A stretch of 64,000 nucleotides of DNA from IMG/VR virus record IMGVR_UViG_3300050500_000527; one strand, 5' to 3'. Source of the DNA: a virus (taxonomy: Duplodnaviria > Heunggongvirae > Uroviricota > Caudoviricetes). Under the pieces are notes generated by a model that worked only from the letters and a program-made list of their open reading frames with translations, did not search any database and was not told the DNA's origin. The position numbers and the translations under genes were made by a program. Below are positions 32,914 through 42,700 of the stretch, one piece after another (the stretch's first letter is position 1; each line of letters opens with the position of its first letter).

Positions 32914-33990
32914 ATGAAAGCCGGAATCACCACCCAGGAACTCGCCACCCGCGTCCAGGCCAATATCGCGGCCCGTAAGGACATTATTGCTGGTGCCCGG
33001 TCCCTTGAGTTCCGCCACGACGAAGAGACCAACGCTCTCACGGCCGCGATCGAAGGCTTCGAGGGCGACTACGCAATGACGGACTTGTTCTCCCAGCAGG
33101 TTTATTCTGACCTGGGCCTGCCCGCGGTCTATGCTCGGGCGTTGAACGCCAACGACCGTCACCTGCTCGCCTACAACGTCAACCGCCTGGCGCAGCGGGA
33201 TAGCTCTACCCGGCTGATCCGCACCCTGGAACGCGATGCTAACAAGACGGCTCGCGCCTACCTCTCTAACGCCTATCGCCCGTTGGATAACGAGCAGGTG
33301 CTGGAGCAGGTGCTTCCGGCCCTGGGCGCGATCGACGGCCTGCAGATCACCGAGTGCGAGCTCACCGAAAACCGCATGTACATCAAGGCAATCACGCCGA
33401 AGATCGCGGGTGACGTGAAAGTCGGCGATACGATGTATGCGGGCGTGATCATCTCCAACTCGGAAGTCGGCGGCGGCGCCCTGAATATCTCGCTGCTGGC
33501 TTACCGGCTGCGTTGCCTGAACGGCTTGATTCTGCCGGACGGCAAGTTCCGGGCGATGCACCTGGGCAAGCGCGCCCAGGTCGGTGATGACGCCTACGAG
33601 CTGTTGACCACCGAAACCAAGCTGGCCGACGACCGCGTGCTGCTGATGAAGGCGCGCGACGTAGCGGCGGGCATTTTCACCCAGGACAATTTCGATAAGG
33701 TTCTGGGCAAGATGCGCGCCGCGGCCGAAGTTCAGCTGGACACCAAGCGCCCGGATAAGGCCGTGGAAGTGCTGGCCAAGGAAGTCGGCTTGAATGGTCA
33801 GGAGCAGTTCGACGTGCTCAGCCACCTGATCCAGGGCGGTGACCTCTCACGGTGGGGCTTTACCAACGCCGTCACCCGCGCTGCCCAGGACGTGCCGAGC
33901 TACGACCGTTCCGTGCAGCTGGAGCAGCTCGGCTCCCGTATCCTGGAGTTGCCTACCAAGACCTGGCGTGCTATGGAAGTCGCCGACTGA
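32914..33990 (+). CDS. DUF932-like phage/plasmid-associated protein (358 aa)
   Basis: AGGAG ribosome-binding site. GVIISNSEVGGGALNISLLAYRLRCLNGLI resembles the conserved v-N-S-h-D-G-s-s-a...R-l-v-C-s-N-G core of DUF932/TIGR03299 proteins, from memory. Confidence 0.4.
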   Translation: MKAGITTQELATRVQANIAARKDIIAGARSLEFRHDEETNALTAAIEGFEGDYAMTDLFSQQVYSDLGLPAVYARALNANDRHLLAYNVNRLAQRDSSTRLIRTLERDANKTARAYLSNAYRPLDNEQVLEQVLPALGAIDGLQITECELTENRMYIKAITPKIAGDVKVGDTMYAGVIISNSEVGGGALNISLLAYRLRCLNGLILPDGKFRAMHLGKRAQVGDDAYELLTTETKLADDRVLLMKARDVAAGIFTQDNFDKVLGKMRAAAEVQLDTKRPDKAVEVLAKEVGLNGQEQFDVLSHLIQGGDLSRWGFTNAVTRAAQDVPSYDRSVQLEQLGSRILELPTKTWRAMEVAD

Positions 33991-34009
33991 TATCTATGAC
34001 CTGAAGAGT

Positions 34010-34042
34010 CGCCCGCCGCGGGAAACTGCGGCGGGTTTTTCT
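34010..34042 (+). terminator. rho-independent terminator CCCGCCGC-gggaaact-GCGGCGGG-TTTTTCT between convergent genes
   Basis: Perfect 8-bp GC stem plus T-tract on the plus strand. Confidence 0.55.
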
Positions 34043-35024
34043 ATGGGGTGTAGCGGATCACAATGATGCCCTGGCCGCCAGTGCCGGCATTCGTAGCAGT
34101 TCCTGGTCCGGCCCGGCCGCCACCCCCGCCGCCGTAGAGCCCACCATTACCACCCACTGCGCCCAGCCCTGTACCGTTACCTGCACCCGCACCGCCGCCC
34201 CCGCCACCCGCGCCCCCAGTCGCGCTATCGCTCGTTTGGACCCATTCAGTGCCATTGCCGCCATTGCCGCCAGCATTGGCATTGCCGTTAGTGAATCCAC
34301 TCCAGTCACCCCCACCTCCGCCGCCGCCCAGGGTGGCATTCTGGCCCGGCCCATCAGTAACTGCCAGGCCACGGCCGGTGCCTAGGCGGCCCTGGCCACC
34401 ATTGCCGCCAGTGGAGATGCCGCCTGCGCTGCCCGCTGTACTGGAAGCGCCGCCCTGACCACCGCCTCCGCCGCCTCCGCCCGCTGTGGCATTTGTTCCG
34501 CCGCCGTTTCTACCAGCGCCGCCAATACCGCCTGCACCTCCGCCACCGCCCCCGCCACCAGCGTTGGTTGTGACAGAACTGTTGGCACCCGTGGCACCGT
34601 TACCACCGGCGAAGAGGAAGCCCGTCCCGCCGCTGCCCTGGGCTGTTCCACCGGCCGTGCCATTCGCAGCGACGCCGCCCAGCGCCCATACATTCGCGCT
34701 CGCCGCGACGGCATTGCCGAACCAGGTATCGCCGCCCGCCGTTGCGGCCCCTGTTCCCGTGTTACCTGCGCCGCCAACACCTACATTGTAGGCGACTGAC
34801 CCACTAGGCGTTAAGGTGATATTGGAAGCTTTGCAGATCATGGAACCGGCGCCCCCGCCGTATGATCCGCCGCCCCCGCCGCCGATGCACCAAACATCGT
34901 TATTGGAACTGTTCCAATCGGCTGGGACAGTCCAGTTATTTGCACCCGTCGTCGTTAGGAAAACGAATTTGTCCGCGGCAGAGCTAGTCGCGATCATCAA
35001 TGCCTGGAAGGAAACGCCAACCAT
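34041..35024 (-). CDS. glycine-rich (poly-GGxGG) tail-fibre-associated protein, 327 aa
   Basis: More than 45 percent glycine with GGAGG/GGNGG runs and short asparagine/threonine-rich beta segments; last gene of the tail-fibre module. Confidence 0.45.
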   Translation of the reverse strand: MVGVSFQALMIATSSAADKFVFLTTTGANNWTVPADWNSSNNDVWCIGGGGGGSYGGGAGSMICKASNITLTPSGSVAYNVGVGGAGNTGTGAATAGGDTWFGNAVAASANVWALGGVAANGTAGGTAQGSGGTGFLFAGGNGATGANSSVTTNAGGGGGGGGAGGIGGAGRNGGGTNATAGGGGGGGGQGGASSTAGSAGGISTGGNGGQGRLGTGRGLAVTDGPGQNATLGGGGGGGDWSGFTNGNANAGGNGGNGTEWVQTSDSATGGAGGGGGGAGAGNGTGLGAVGGNGGLYGGGGGGRAGPGTATNAGTGGQGIIVIRYTP

Positions 35025-35026
35025 GC

Positions 35027-36769
35027 CTAGGTGAGCCCCGTTCCCGAGATGATCCAGATAGTGCTCGTAATTTTCAGGGCCGTGGCAATACCATTCGCGG
35101 CGAGGGTGCGGCTACCCGTCGCACCCGAACCCGCTAGAGTGAGGGTGTCTGAGTTGATCGCGATCGTTACAGTATTGATTTGATTGACGAAAGTGATGCA
35201 CGTGCCGATTGGATAGGCTACGGAAGCGTTCGCCGCGATGGTAAAGGTCCGAGCGTTATTGTCGGCCGTCGGGTGCAGTATATGCTTCTGGGCGTCGGCC
35301 AGCACGGTGGTGTAGGCGGTCGACTGAGAGTTCTGCGGGATGCCCGCGAAAAGTGGCACGCCTTCTACAGCGATCACGCCCGCCGCGGAACGAGAAATGG
35401 TTGTATCGGAAGCCGCGCCGAGTTCAATGGTGCCGCAGGTAAAGGCGTTGCCCGTACCGATGCTCAGTGCGCCATTGGCCGTAAGCAAGCCCGCCGAATG
35501 CGTGAGTGTGTAGTTGCCGTTATTCCAGTTGATCACCCCGCCGGAAGCGAGGAAAAGGTCGCCCCAGCTTAACGTTCCTGTACCCAGGGGGAGCTGGTCA
35601 TTAGCGACGGGAGTGAGACCGGAAGAGGTAAGCGCTACCCGGAAAGAAAAACTGCCGTTGGAGCGCGTCCCTAGGGCTATCCGGGAAGTTTCATTGCCCG
35701 CTGTATTCGTGGTGAAGCTGGTCTCGATCGTGCCAGTATTGGTGTCTGCGGAAGCGGAATTCCACTGGTTGAATTCGATGTAGCTGGCGTCGGTTGAGCC
35801 GGGCGTCGTTGGGCGGCTAAAATACCGCATCATCCCAGCGTTATTGCCTGCCGAGGAATGCGTCAGCGTGAGTGGCGTGGTGCCGTTCATACTGACGCTG
35901 AGCGTGCCACCGACCATGCTAAGCGTGTCAGTGGAATGGGTGAGCGTTACGTCGCCCGCGTTAAAATTGATTACCCCGCCCGAAGCGAGGAACAGGTCGG
36001 ACCAAGCGGTGCCCGAAACGCCTAGGGCGGCGCCATCATTCGCGGAAGGCCGCACCGGACCACCATTAAAGGTGTAGGCCGTCGCTGCGCCTGCGAAAGC
36101 GAGCGTATCCGTGGAATGAGTGATTGTTACGTCGCCAGCTGCGAAGTTGATCACTGCGCCGGAAGCGAGGAAAAGGTCGGCCCAAGCTGTACCAGACAAG
36201 CCCAGGGCGGCGCCATCATTCGCCGTGGGGCGCAGATTAACCCCGACCCGCAGCGCGCCGTCGGTATTGGCGGCGATTAGTGCTGTAGTAAAGGCCGAGC
36301 CGTTGGAGCTTACCTTAAGCGTAAAGTCGTTATCGCCGATCAGGCCGAACTCGGCTCGGCTGCTAAAAGCGGTCTGGAAGAGGTGCGAGACGGTATCTCC
36401 GCTCGCGTTCTTGTTGGCCTTAAGTTGGGTGCCCGCGCCAGCGTGATTGAATAGCACGGCCGTCGAATTCACGGAAAGGCGATTGGTGGCGTCCGCCGTG
36501 GCGTTGACCCCGACCGCCGTCGCCCCGTTCATGATCCCAACATCGTCAATGGTAACGAGCGAACCTTGGGCCAGGGCACCCCCGGTGCCGTCGGTGCGGA
36601 CAATAGCGTTATCAGTCGAGCCGAGATTGCCACTAACCGGCGCGACGGGGATCAGGCTCTTAACATACTCAATGGCTTCTTGGACGTTTGTTCGGGGTAT
36701 CGCGGTGCTGTAGCCGAAGGCGGTTTCGCCTGCTTCCTTCCGGGCGCCGATATCCGTTGATACAAGCAT
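35027..36769 (-). CDS. tail fibre protein with three about 57-aa tandem repeats
   Basis: Repeats ANDGAALG(L/V)SGTAW(A/S)DLFLASG(A/G)VINF(A/N)AGDVT(I/L)THSTDTL at the DNA level near 35531, 35965 and 36139; beta-rich; position equivalent to T7 gp17. Confidence 0.5.
   Translation of the reverse strand: MLVSTDIGARKEAGETAFGYSTAIPRTNVQEAIEYVKSLIPVAPVSGNLGSTDNAIVRTDGTGGALAQGSLVTIDDVGIMNGATAVGVNATADATNRLSVNSTAVLFNHAGAGTQLKANKNASGDTVSHLFQTAFSSRAEFGLIGDNDFTLKVSSNGSAFTTALIAANTDGALRVGVNLRPTANDGAALGLSGTAWADLFLASGAVINFAAGDVTITHSTDTLAFAGAATAYTFNGGPVRPSANDGAALGVSGTAWSDLFLASGGVINFNAGDVTLTHSTDTLSMVGGTLSVSMNGTTPLTLTHSSAGNNAGMMRYFSRPTTPGSTDASYIEFNQWNSASADTNTGTIETSFTTNTAGNETSRIALGTRSNGSFSFRVALTSSGLTPVANDQLPLGTGTLSWGDLFLASGGVINWNNGNYTLTHSAGLLTANGALSIGTGNAFTCGTIELGAASDTTISRSAAGVIAVEGVPLFAGIPQNSQSTAYTTVLADAQKHILHPTADNNARTFTIAANASVAYPIGTCITFVNQINTVTIAINSDTLTLAGSGATGSRTLAANGIATALKITSTIWIISGTGLT
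35500..36250. repeat. three copies of an about 171-bp repeat inside the tail fibre gene
   Basis: Near-identical stretches GAT(T/C)ACCCCGCC(C/G)GAAGCGAGGAA(C/A)AGGTCG at about 35531, 35965 and 36139. Confidence 0.55.
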
Positions 36770-36810
36770 TTTAGATTATCTCCTAGCCGAAGGAGGCACA
36801 GGATTTTGCC

Positions 36811-37572
36811 TCATGCCCAGGACGCGGCGCAATAGCGGCTCGCCCCAGCACCTCCGCCCCCCGGCCCAGCGGAAAAACTGGATGCGGCCGTCTGTTGAAC
36901 TGGCGTATGGGCATTGCTAAGTTGCACGCCATCCAGGCCGGTATCGATGTCCTCAACGAGTGGCGACGGCCATGTATGCCCCCCGCCGGAAACTGTCGCG
37001 CCGGAAGTAACTAAAATACCGCGCTCTGGGATATCTATGAAAAGCGTGGAGGCATTGTCGCTCGTCGCCGTGTCAGAAGGCGTTCCGCTGACGAGCCGCG
37101 TGACCCGGTACACGCTTATGACGCATTCCTGCATCGCCCCTGCGCCGGTATAGACGACAACAATGTCCCCAGAAGTTCCTGCCGGCACGAGTGCGGAGGC
37201 AATAGCAACGTGGCCATTGCGGGTATTTCCGTTATTTGACGTCTCTGTATGTATTGTGGCCGAAACCCCGCCTATAGTGACCGTGGATATAGAGGCCCCA
37301 ATCGAGGCAGAGCCAGCGCATGCGGCAACAATAATCCTCCGATCTACAGCTGCTTCGCCAAATGACTGCGACGCGAATGTGTAGGAGAGTTGATTGCTCG
37401 AATCAGCCGTTGACGCAATGTGATCGAAAGTCGGTCCGGCTATATTCAGCATGCCGATTGGAAACCAGCCAGGCGGAAAGTTGGCCTCCACCGGACGTTT
37501 CCAATCACGGCGCAACTCAACGGCCGCGGGCCGGACGATCGCCGGTTTTGGCGGGAGATAAAAATCAACCAT
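36811..37572 (-). CDS. hypothetical tail-associated protein (253 aa)
   Basis: ORF in the codon-biased frame within the fibre cluster; beta-rich. Confidence 0.35.
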   Translation of the reverse strand: MVDFYLPPKPAIVRPAAVELRRDWKRPVEANFPPGWFPIGMLNIAGPTFDHIASTADSSNQLSYTFASQSFGEAAVDRRIIVAACAGSASIGASISTVTIGGVSATIHTETSNNGNTRNGHVAIASALVPAGTSGDIVVVYTGAGAMQECVISVYRVTRLVSGTPSDTATSDNASTLFIDIPERGILVTSGATVSGGGHTWPSPLVEDIDTGLDGVQLSNAHTPVQQTAASSFSAGPGGGGAGASRYCAASWA

Positions 37573-38525
37573 CAGAACGGTCCAAGAGGTGGGGCAACAA
37601 GCACGGCGTTTGAGCTATTTAATGCGAGCAGCCCCATGATATAACGCTTGGTGCTGCTGTTGAACGTCAATGCATTCCACAACGCCACGTTCGGCCCCAG
37701 ATAGCCCGCCCCTAGCGTAAGGGTTCTATCAGTGCCGTCATTGCCCTGAATCCAAATCTGGCGCCACACCATGGTTTGCAAATTGGTCGGGGCGTTCAGC
37801 GTCCTATTGCCGGCCAGCGTAATCTGGCCATTTATGAAAGCGTCCCAGTCTGGCGTTATCGTCGCGCCATCGGTGATCGTCACTAAGGCAGCCGCGCTTT
37901 CCAGGTCAGCAGCAGTAAGAGCATGCGCGCCGGTCGTAGCGGCCCTGATTTCGGCGTCAGTCGCGAGGTCGAGCACGCCCGTGTTCGTCTCATCCGCTGC
38001 CTGTTTCAGTGCGCCGAATGCGGCAGAAGCCGATGTCTGGCCTGTGCCGCCGTTGGTGAGGGAAAGTGTGCCTGTAACCTGCGTGGCTAGATCAATAACG
38101 CCAATGTTGAAAAAGCTGTTAACGTACCAGCAATCGTCACCGGCATCGTAAGTGAATTTGTGCGTGGCCCCGGCGAGCAGCGCGCCCGTCGCCACGGCCG
38201 TACCGCTGTGGGTGCGGACTGCCTTCGCCCCCTGGGCATCCACATTGAGGGTCGGCGCGGCACCAGACGTGGTATGCATCCGGAGCGTGACGCTAAAACC
38301 GTCCAGGAGCGCCGTCGTAACCTGAAAGGACGTATAGGTGTAAGCTGTTGAACTACCCCCCGTAACGGCGAGGCCGGAGGTGTCGTCCCGCCACTTAGCG
38401 ACGGCCGCCATTTCCGCGCGGGAAGAGTTGTTCACGTTGGACGGCGGCATACCTTCCGCCCAATCGATGGTCGAATCGATATCGTCGTTATCAGCGGCCG
38501 TCCGGGACCATTTGTAGAGCGTCAT
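37572..38525 (-). CDS. tail fibre/spike-like protein (317 aa)
   Basis: Threonine/alanine/glycine-rich beta-type composition; follows the transglycosylase gene. Confidence 0.4.
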   Translation of the reverse strand: MTLYKWSRTAADNDDIDSTIDWAEGMPPSNVNNSSRAEMAAVAKWRDDTSGLAVTGGSSTAYTYTSFQVTTALLDGFSVTLRMHTTSGAAPTLNVDAQGAKAVRTHSGTAVATGALLAGATHKFTYDAGDDCWYVNSFFNIGVIDLATQVTGTLSLTNGGTGQTSASAAFGALKQAADETNTGVLDLATDAEIRAATTGAHALTAADLESAAALVTITDGATITPDWDAFINGQITLAGNRTLNAPTNLQTMVWRQIWIQGNDGTDRTLTLGAGYLGPNVALWNALTFNSSTKRYIMGLLALNSSNAVLVAPPLGPF

Positions 38526-38566
38526 ATTTCACTCCATAAGCGCCATAACGCGCTATCAATGTGGCC

Positions 38567-39490
38567 TCAGCGAAGCATCGTCGGGCTGGAGAGCAACCCT
38601 GGGCCCTGGCCAAGCGTCGGCCGGTTGGCCAGCAGGGCTTGCAAGCGGCTCATGTCAACTTGCGGACGCTGCATTGCAGGGGTTTGCGGCACCTGGGCAC
38701 CCGCGAGCGGGTTTGCGGGGTCCGGCTGGCCGGAGCTGTTCATCATCTTGCCGAAGTCGAAGCCGCCTTCGCCGAAGAGCGAGGAGAGCAAGCCGCCGCT
38801 ACCAGAAAGAGCCGAGCCCAGGGAGCCTACACCCGCGCCGCCCGCCGCGGCGCCTGCACCGGATTCGAAGAGGGAGGCGAGGAAAGGGAGCACGGCTTGT
38901 TCCTTCTGGGCTGGGGCGGGCTGGGCCGCCGCGGGAGGGGTTGTGGGGGAAGCCGCGGTAGGCGCCATCGAAGCGACCACGTCCGCGGTGTTAAATGGGT
39001 CGCTCGGCGTAGCCGCGCGCGGGGTCTTCGCGACTTCGGTGCCGGGCTCGGCGATGCGCTTACCCGCCCAGTTGATTACGTCGGCGCCAGTCCAATTAGC
39101 CAGGAATGGGTTCGCCTTAATGGCTGCGGGACTAAGCAGCTCACGTGCCGGTTTTTCTGGATTCGCCAGGAGCGCCGCGGCGCCTTGCGGTCCGGCGAAG
39201 TGGGAGAGCGAAATATTCTCGTCGCTCGGCGCGTAGCCGCGGCCAGCTAGGTAGCGGCCGTTTTCCTCGCCATAGCGCTTGGTCATCTCTTCGTTGAGCG
39301 CTGGGTCGGACCGTAGCGCGAGCACCTCGGCCTGGCTGCGCCCCTGCATCAGGTCTGGACGATAACGGGCAATCATGTTTAGCCAAGTTGAGCTAATGAA
39401 CTGCCCAGGGCCGTAGGCCGAGGAATTCGGGTTGCGTGCGTGGCGACGGCCATCGCTCTCAGCATTGATTATGCGCTGTTCAATCGCCAT
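38567..39490 (-). CDS. lytic transglycosylase (SLT-domain) virion-associated peptidoglycan hydrolase, 307 aa
   Basis: INAESDGRRHARNPNSSAYGPGQFISSTW fits the SLT catalytic E-S ... AxGxxQ(F/M) ... T/W pattern; glycine/alanine-rich C-terminal tail. Confidence 0.55.
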   Translation of the reverse strand: MAIEQRIINAESDGRRHARNPNSSAYGPGQFISSTWLNMIARYRPDLMQGRSQAEVLALRSDPALNEEMTKRYGEENGRYLAGRGYAPSDENISLSHFAGPQGAAALLANPEKPARELLSPAAIKANPFLANWTGADVINWAGKRIAEPGTEVAKTPRAATPSDPFNTADVVASMAPTAASPTTPPAAAQPAPAQKEQAVLPFLASLFESGAGAAAGGAGVGSLGSALSGSGGLLSSLFGEGGFDFGKMMNSSGQPDPANPLAGAQVPQTPAMQRPQVDMSRLQALLANRPTLGQGPGLLSSPTMLR

Positions 39491-39547
39491 TTTTAGAGGA
39501 ACCCCTGCCGAGGTTGTAGCGCCCTAGTGCTAAAGTGCAGTATTGTG

Positions 39548-39553
39548 TATAAT
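39548..39553 (+). promoter_or_regulatory. consensus -10 hexamer TATAAT (preceded by TGTG) for the small plus-strand gene
   Basis: Perfect TATAAT, 35 nt upstream of ATG 39589; weak -35. Confidence 0.35.
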
Positions 39554-39588
39554 GTGTTGAAAATCACGGGTAAAATGGAGTAGAGCGT

Positions 39589-39789
39589 ATGGCGTTTACT
39601 TTCACTGAACAGGTAAAACAAATTCTTCGTGCCTCGGGCTTCACCGAAGCTGAAATTCGCACTCAGGAAGTGCGCACCGCCCAGGGCATGAACCAGAGTA
39701 AACGCCCTGACGGAGCGGAACCGGGCATTGAATTGCCCGAGCGCTTTACTGGCAAGCCAGAAGACCTCCCTAAAGTTTTTCAAAATTAA
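39589..39789 (+). CDS. small protein (66 aa) encoded antisense to the structural operon, low-GC codon usage
   Basis: GGAG ribosome-binding site 9 nt before ATG; own TATAAT box; locally AT-rich (about 48 percent GC); 3-prime end overlaps the stop of the giant gene convergently. Confidence 0.45.
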   Translation: MAFTFTEQVKQILRASGFTEAEIRTQEVRTAQGMNQSKRPDGAEPGIELPERFTGKPEDLPKVFQN

Positions 39790-42700
39790 TCTCCTCAAGC
39801 TCCTGCAACCAAATATCGGTGCGCGGGTCACCATATGTGTCTGCGCCGCTATCGTCGATATGCGTGATTAAGAAGTGGCGTTCCGTCGGGAAGAGCACTT
39901 CTTTTTCAGACTGATGCGAGGAGAGTTCCTCGATATTCCGTCCGGTTAGGGACTGGATATGCAACTTTACCTTACCGCTGAAGCTGTTCGTCTTGTCGTA
40001 ACTGGTCGACCAGAACGCGGGCGTGACGATTATCCGGCCAGGCTTCCACTTCGCGAGCTCCTCCGCGTCGAGATCTTGGCCGCGATAAACCTCGCCGGTG
40101 AAGGGCGGTAACTTCTCTAGGGCACTTTCCAGCAGCTCCGCGTAGCTCAACCAACGCAGGCGTTCCGTGCCCAGAGCGAGCGGGTCGGAACGACCGGCCT
40201 TCTTGTCCTGGCGCAACTCACGGTTAATGTCGTCGGAGTGGTCGCCCGTATAGGCGTAGATCGCGGCAAACTCTTCCGCACTAAGGCCGTGCCGCTCAGC
40301 GGCGTCATTTCTGTAGTTTTCATCGAAGTCGTAAACAGATTGCAGCGCCTTTTTACGTCGTTCTTGGGACGAACTTAGCTTTTGGAAAAAGCGATGGAAC
40401 TTGTTGGCGAGGTTGTGTTTACGCTGCAAGGCGTAATCTAGAAAAGCGTCGCGGTTTTTCGGGCGGCCCTTAAAGCGCGCTTCGGCATAAGGCCGGATCA
40501 TGCCCAGGTAGGCTTCGTCCGTGAGCCCGTTCTGCAACGTGTTGATCGCCTCATAGGCCGGTTCGAAGAGCTTATTGTCGACTTCGGCGCGACCTTCTTC
40601 GACTGCCTGTTTCAGGCCGTAGAACCGGACGTTGAGCTGGCTCTTCTTCCGCTCAAGTTCGCTTATCTCCTTTGCGGAAAGCATGCCCGCTTCCGGATAA
40701 AGATTACGGACCTGTTGGAAAAACGCTGGAAATTCGGAGCGGGGCTTTGACCGCACATGGTCAAGAATAAAGTCCCAAAGGCTATTGTCTGGCCGAATTT
40801 CTGGTAGGCGGCCCGCATTCAGTGCGTCGTCATAGCGTGCGGTGAGCGCATAACGGACCGCGCTTTCCGCGCTACGCATCGCATTGTAAACGGGCGTTTC
40901 GTACTCTGCTTTCAGTGCCGGGATTTGTAAATCCTCGGCCTTCACCTTATTGGGGTCAGCGTTTTCTAACAGGTCGGCTTGCTCAGCCGTAATCGCGCGA
41001 CCTTCTTCGTTGCCGAGCTGCTCTCCGGCGCGGCGTAACACGTCCGCCATAAAGCCATTCACCGCTTCATAAGTCGAAGCAGCGAGCTCGTTCTTCTCCT
41101 TGTTGTAGCCGTAGTCTCGCCAGTTCTCTAGAGTCTGCGGCGCGATTAGTGCAACGATTTTTCCATCCGGGAAGGTGACATGGTCGTAGCCCTGAGTGCG
41201 TAAGAACGCGGCGTTCGCCTCCCCTGCCGGGCCGCCAGTTTGAGCAAGGTAGCTATCGGTAGAAGGATAGAAGCCAAATTTCTCTTGTGCCTCCTCGGCG
41301 CTAATACCATTCTGCGGTGTAAAAGTTGTCCGCTGCAGGTCGGGCGGAAAGGATCTGTTCGCCCAGAGCATGGTTTGCTCTGGATCTTTCGAGATCAGGA
41401 AGGAACGCTCACCTTTCCCGCTAACCCGCGTCCACCAGTCATTCGGTTTCAGCGTCAGGGCTTCTTTAATGTCCCCTAGGAACCGCTGCTCGTATTTATC
41501 GAAAACTTCTTTGAGTGCAGATCTCACTTCCTTGATCGAGGGGTGGTCCCGGTCAGTTAGATCGGTAATGCGATTCCTCGTCGCCTGTTCGACTTCGTTT
41601 TTTGCTTCCCGCTGAGCGTTCAGGTTCTCAGTAACACTTTCAAGCTCTTCTTGGACGCGCTTAAATTCTGCCTCGTCTTCCGTGAGCTGTGCACCCCCCT
41701 GGGCAGTGATCTTTTTAACCACCCCATCGAGCTTCCCCTGGGTTAGGGCACGCCAGAGCTTATTGTAAATCGGCTCTTCTTCGCCGTACACCTCGTTGGG
41801 GTGGTAATCGGTATCCAGGCGGTCTTTGCCGATATATTTAAACGCCTGGCCTTTATCGATGCCGACCAGGCCCTTATCCGTAATCAGGAACTGGTTCGAG
41901 TGGCCGTCATGGTTGGAAATCAGCCAGTCCACCACGTGTTCACGCATGAGCGCAGTGATTTCTTGCGGCGTAAGCTCGCTCATCTTCGTGCCGCGCAGCG
42001 TCCCGCTATTGGGCAGCATCTCCTGCATGACGCCCAGGCGGCCGTTGAGGCTTTGCACCCAGATACGCGGTGCGTTCGGGTTTATGAGCCGCGAGATATG
42101 GCCACCAGCCGCTTCGCCATGCGCTGAGAAGGGGCGGTCCGGCAGGTTCGGCTTGAACATATACTCATTGCCTTCTTCGTCCTGCCAGATCTCCTTCGGC
42201 TTGGACCCGCCGCCCGCATTCCCGACGAAGGTGTAATTGCGGTCCGGCGCCGGGATTAGGTCATCGAAACTGAGCCCCGCGGGCACGCTAACGGCGGGCG
42301 CCGCCGTGGTATCCGGCGCTGTATCAATCGTTCCAGCGAAGTCGCGCATTGCGCGGGCGGTGGCCGCGTAACCTTCTTTCTCGTTAGCCGCTGCATTGTG
42401 GAGTAGATTGTCGATAACAGCCTGCTTAAAGGCCTGGGTTTTTACGACATCTGTGTAGGGGCCTTGGTCTTTGAAGACTTCGTTGTAGACAAATTGAATG
42501 CTGTCCCGGATGATCTTTTTAAGAGAGGAATTCAGCTGAGATTTATTCAGTGCCTCGGTGAGGGATTTGTGGGTCTTGGGGCTCGACGGAGCGAGCTCTT
42601 CGCCGGTTAGCGCATTCTTGGCAATTGCTTCGTTAACTTGCTTCTGCTGGACAGCAGTATTCTCGTTCGCCTGCTTCTTCAGCGTATTCGCGCCTTCGAA

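Noticed and set aside
32893-33825. 310-aa minus-strand ORF antisense to the DUF932-like gene
   Set aside because: Leucine/arginine/alanine/glutamine-rich shadow-frame composition typical of antisense ORFs in high-GC DNA. The plus-strand gene has a ribosome-binding site, promoter and a recognisable family motif.
39493-39834. 113-aa minus-strand ORF across the 39.5-39.8 kb gap
   Set aside because: Overlaps the better-supported plus-strand 66-aa gene (promoter plus ribosome-binding site); AT-rich shadow frame with no start context.
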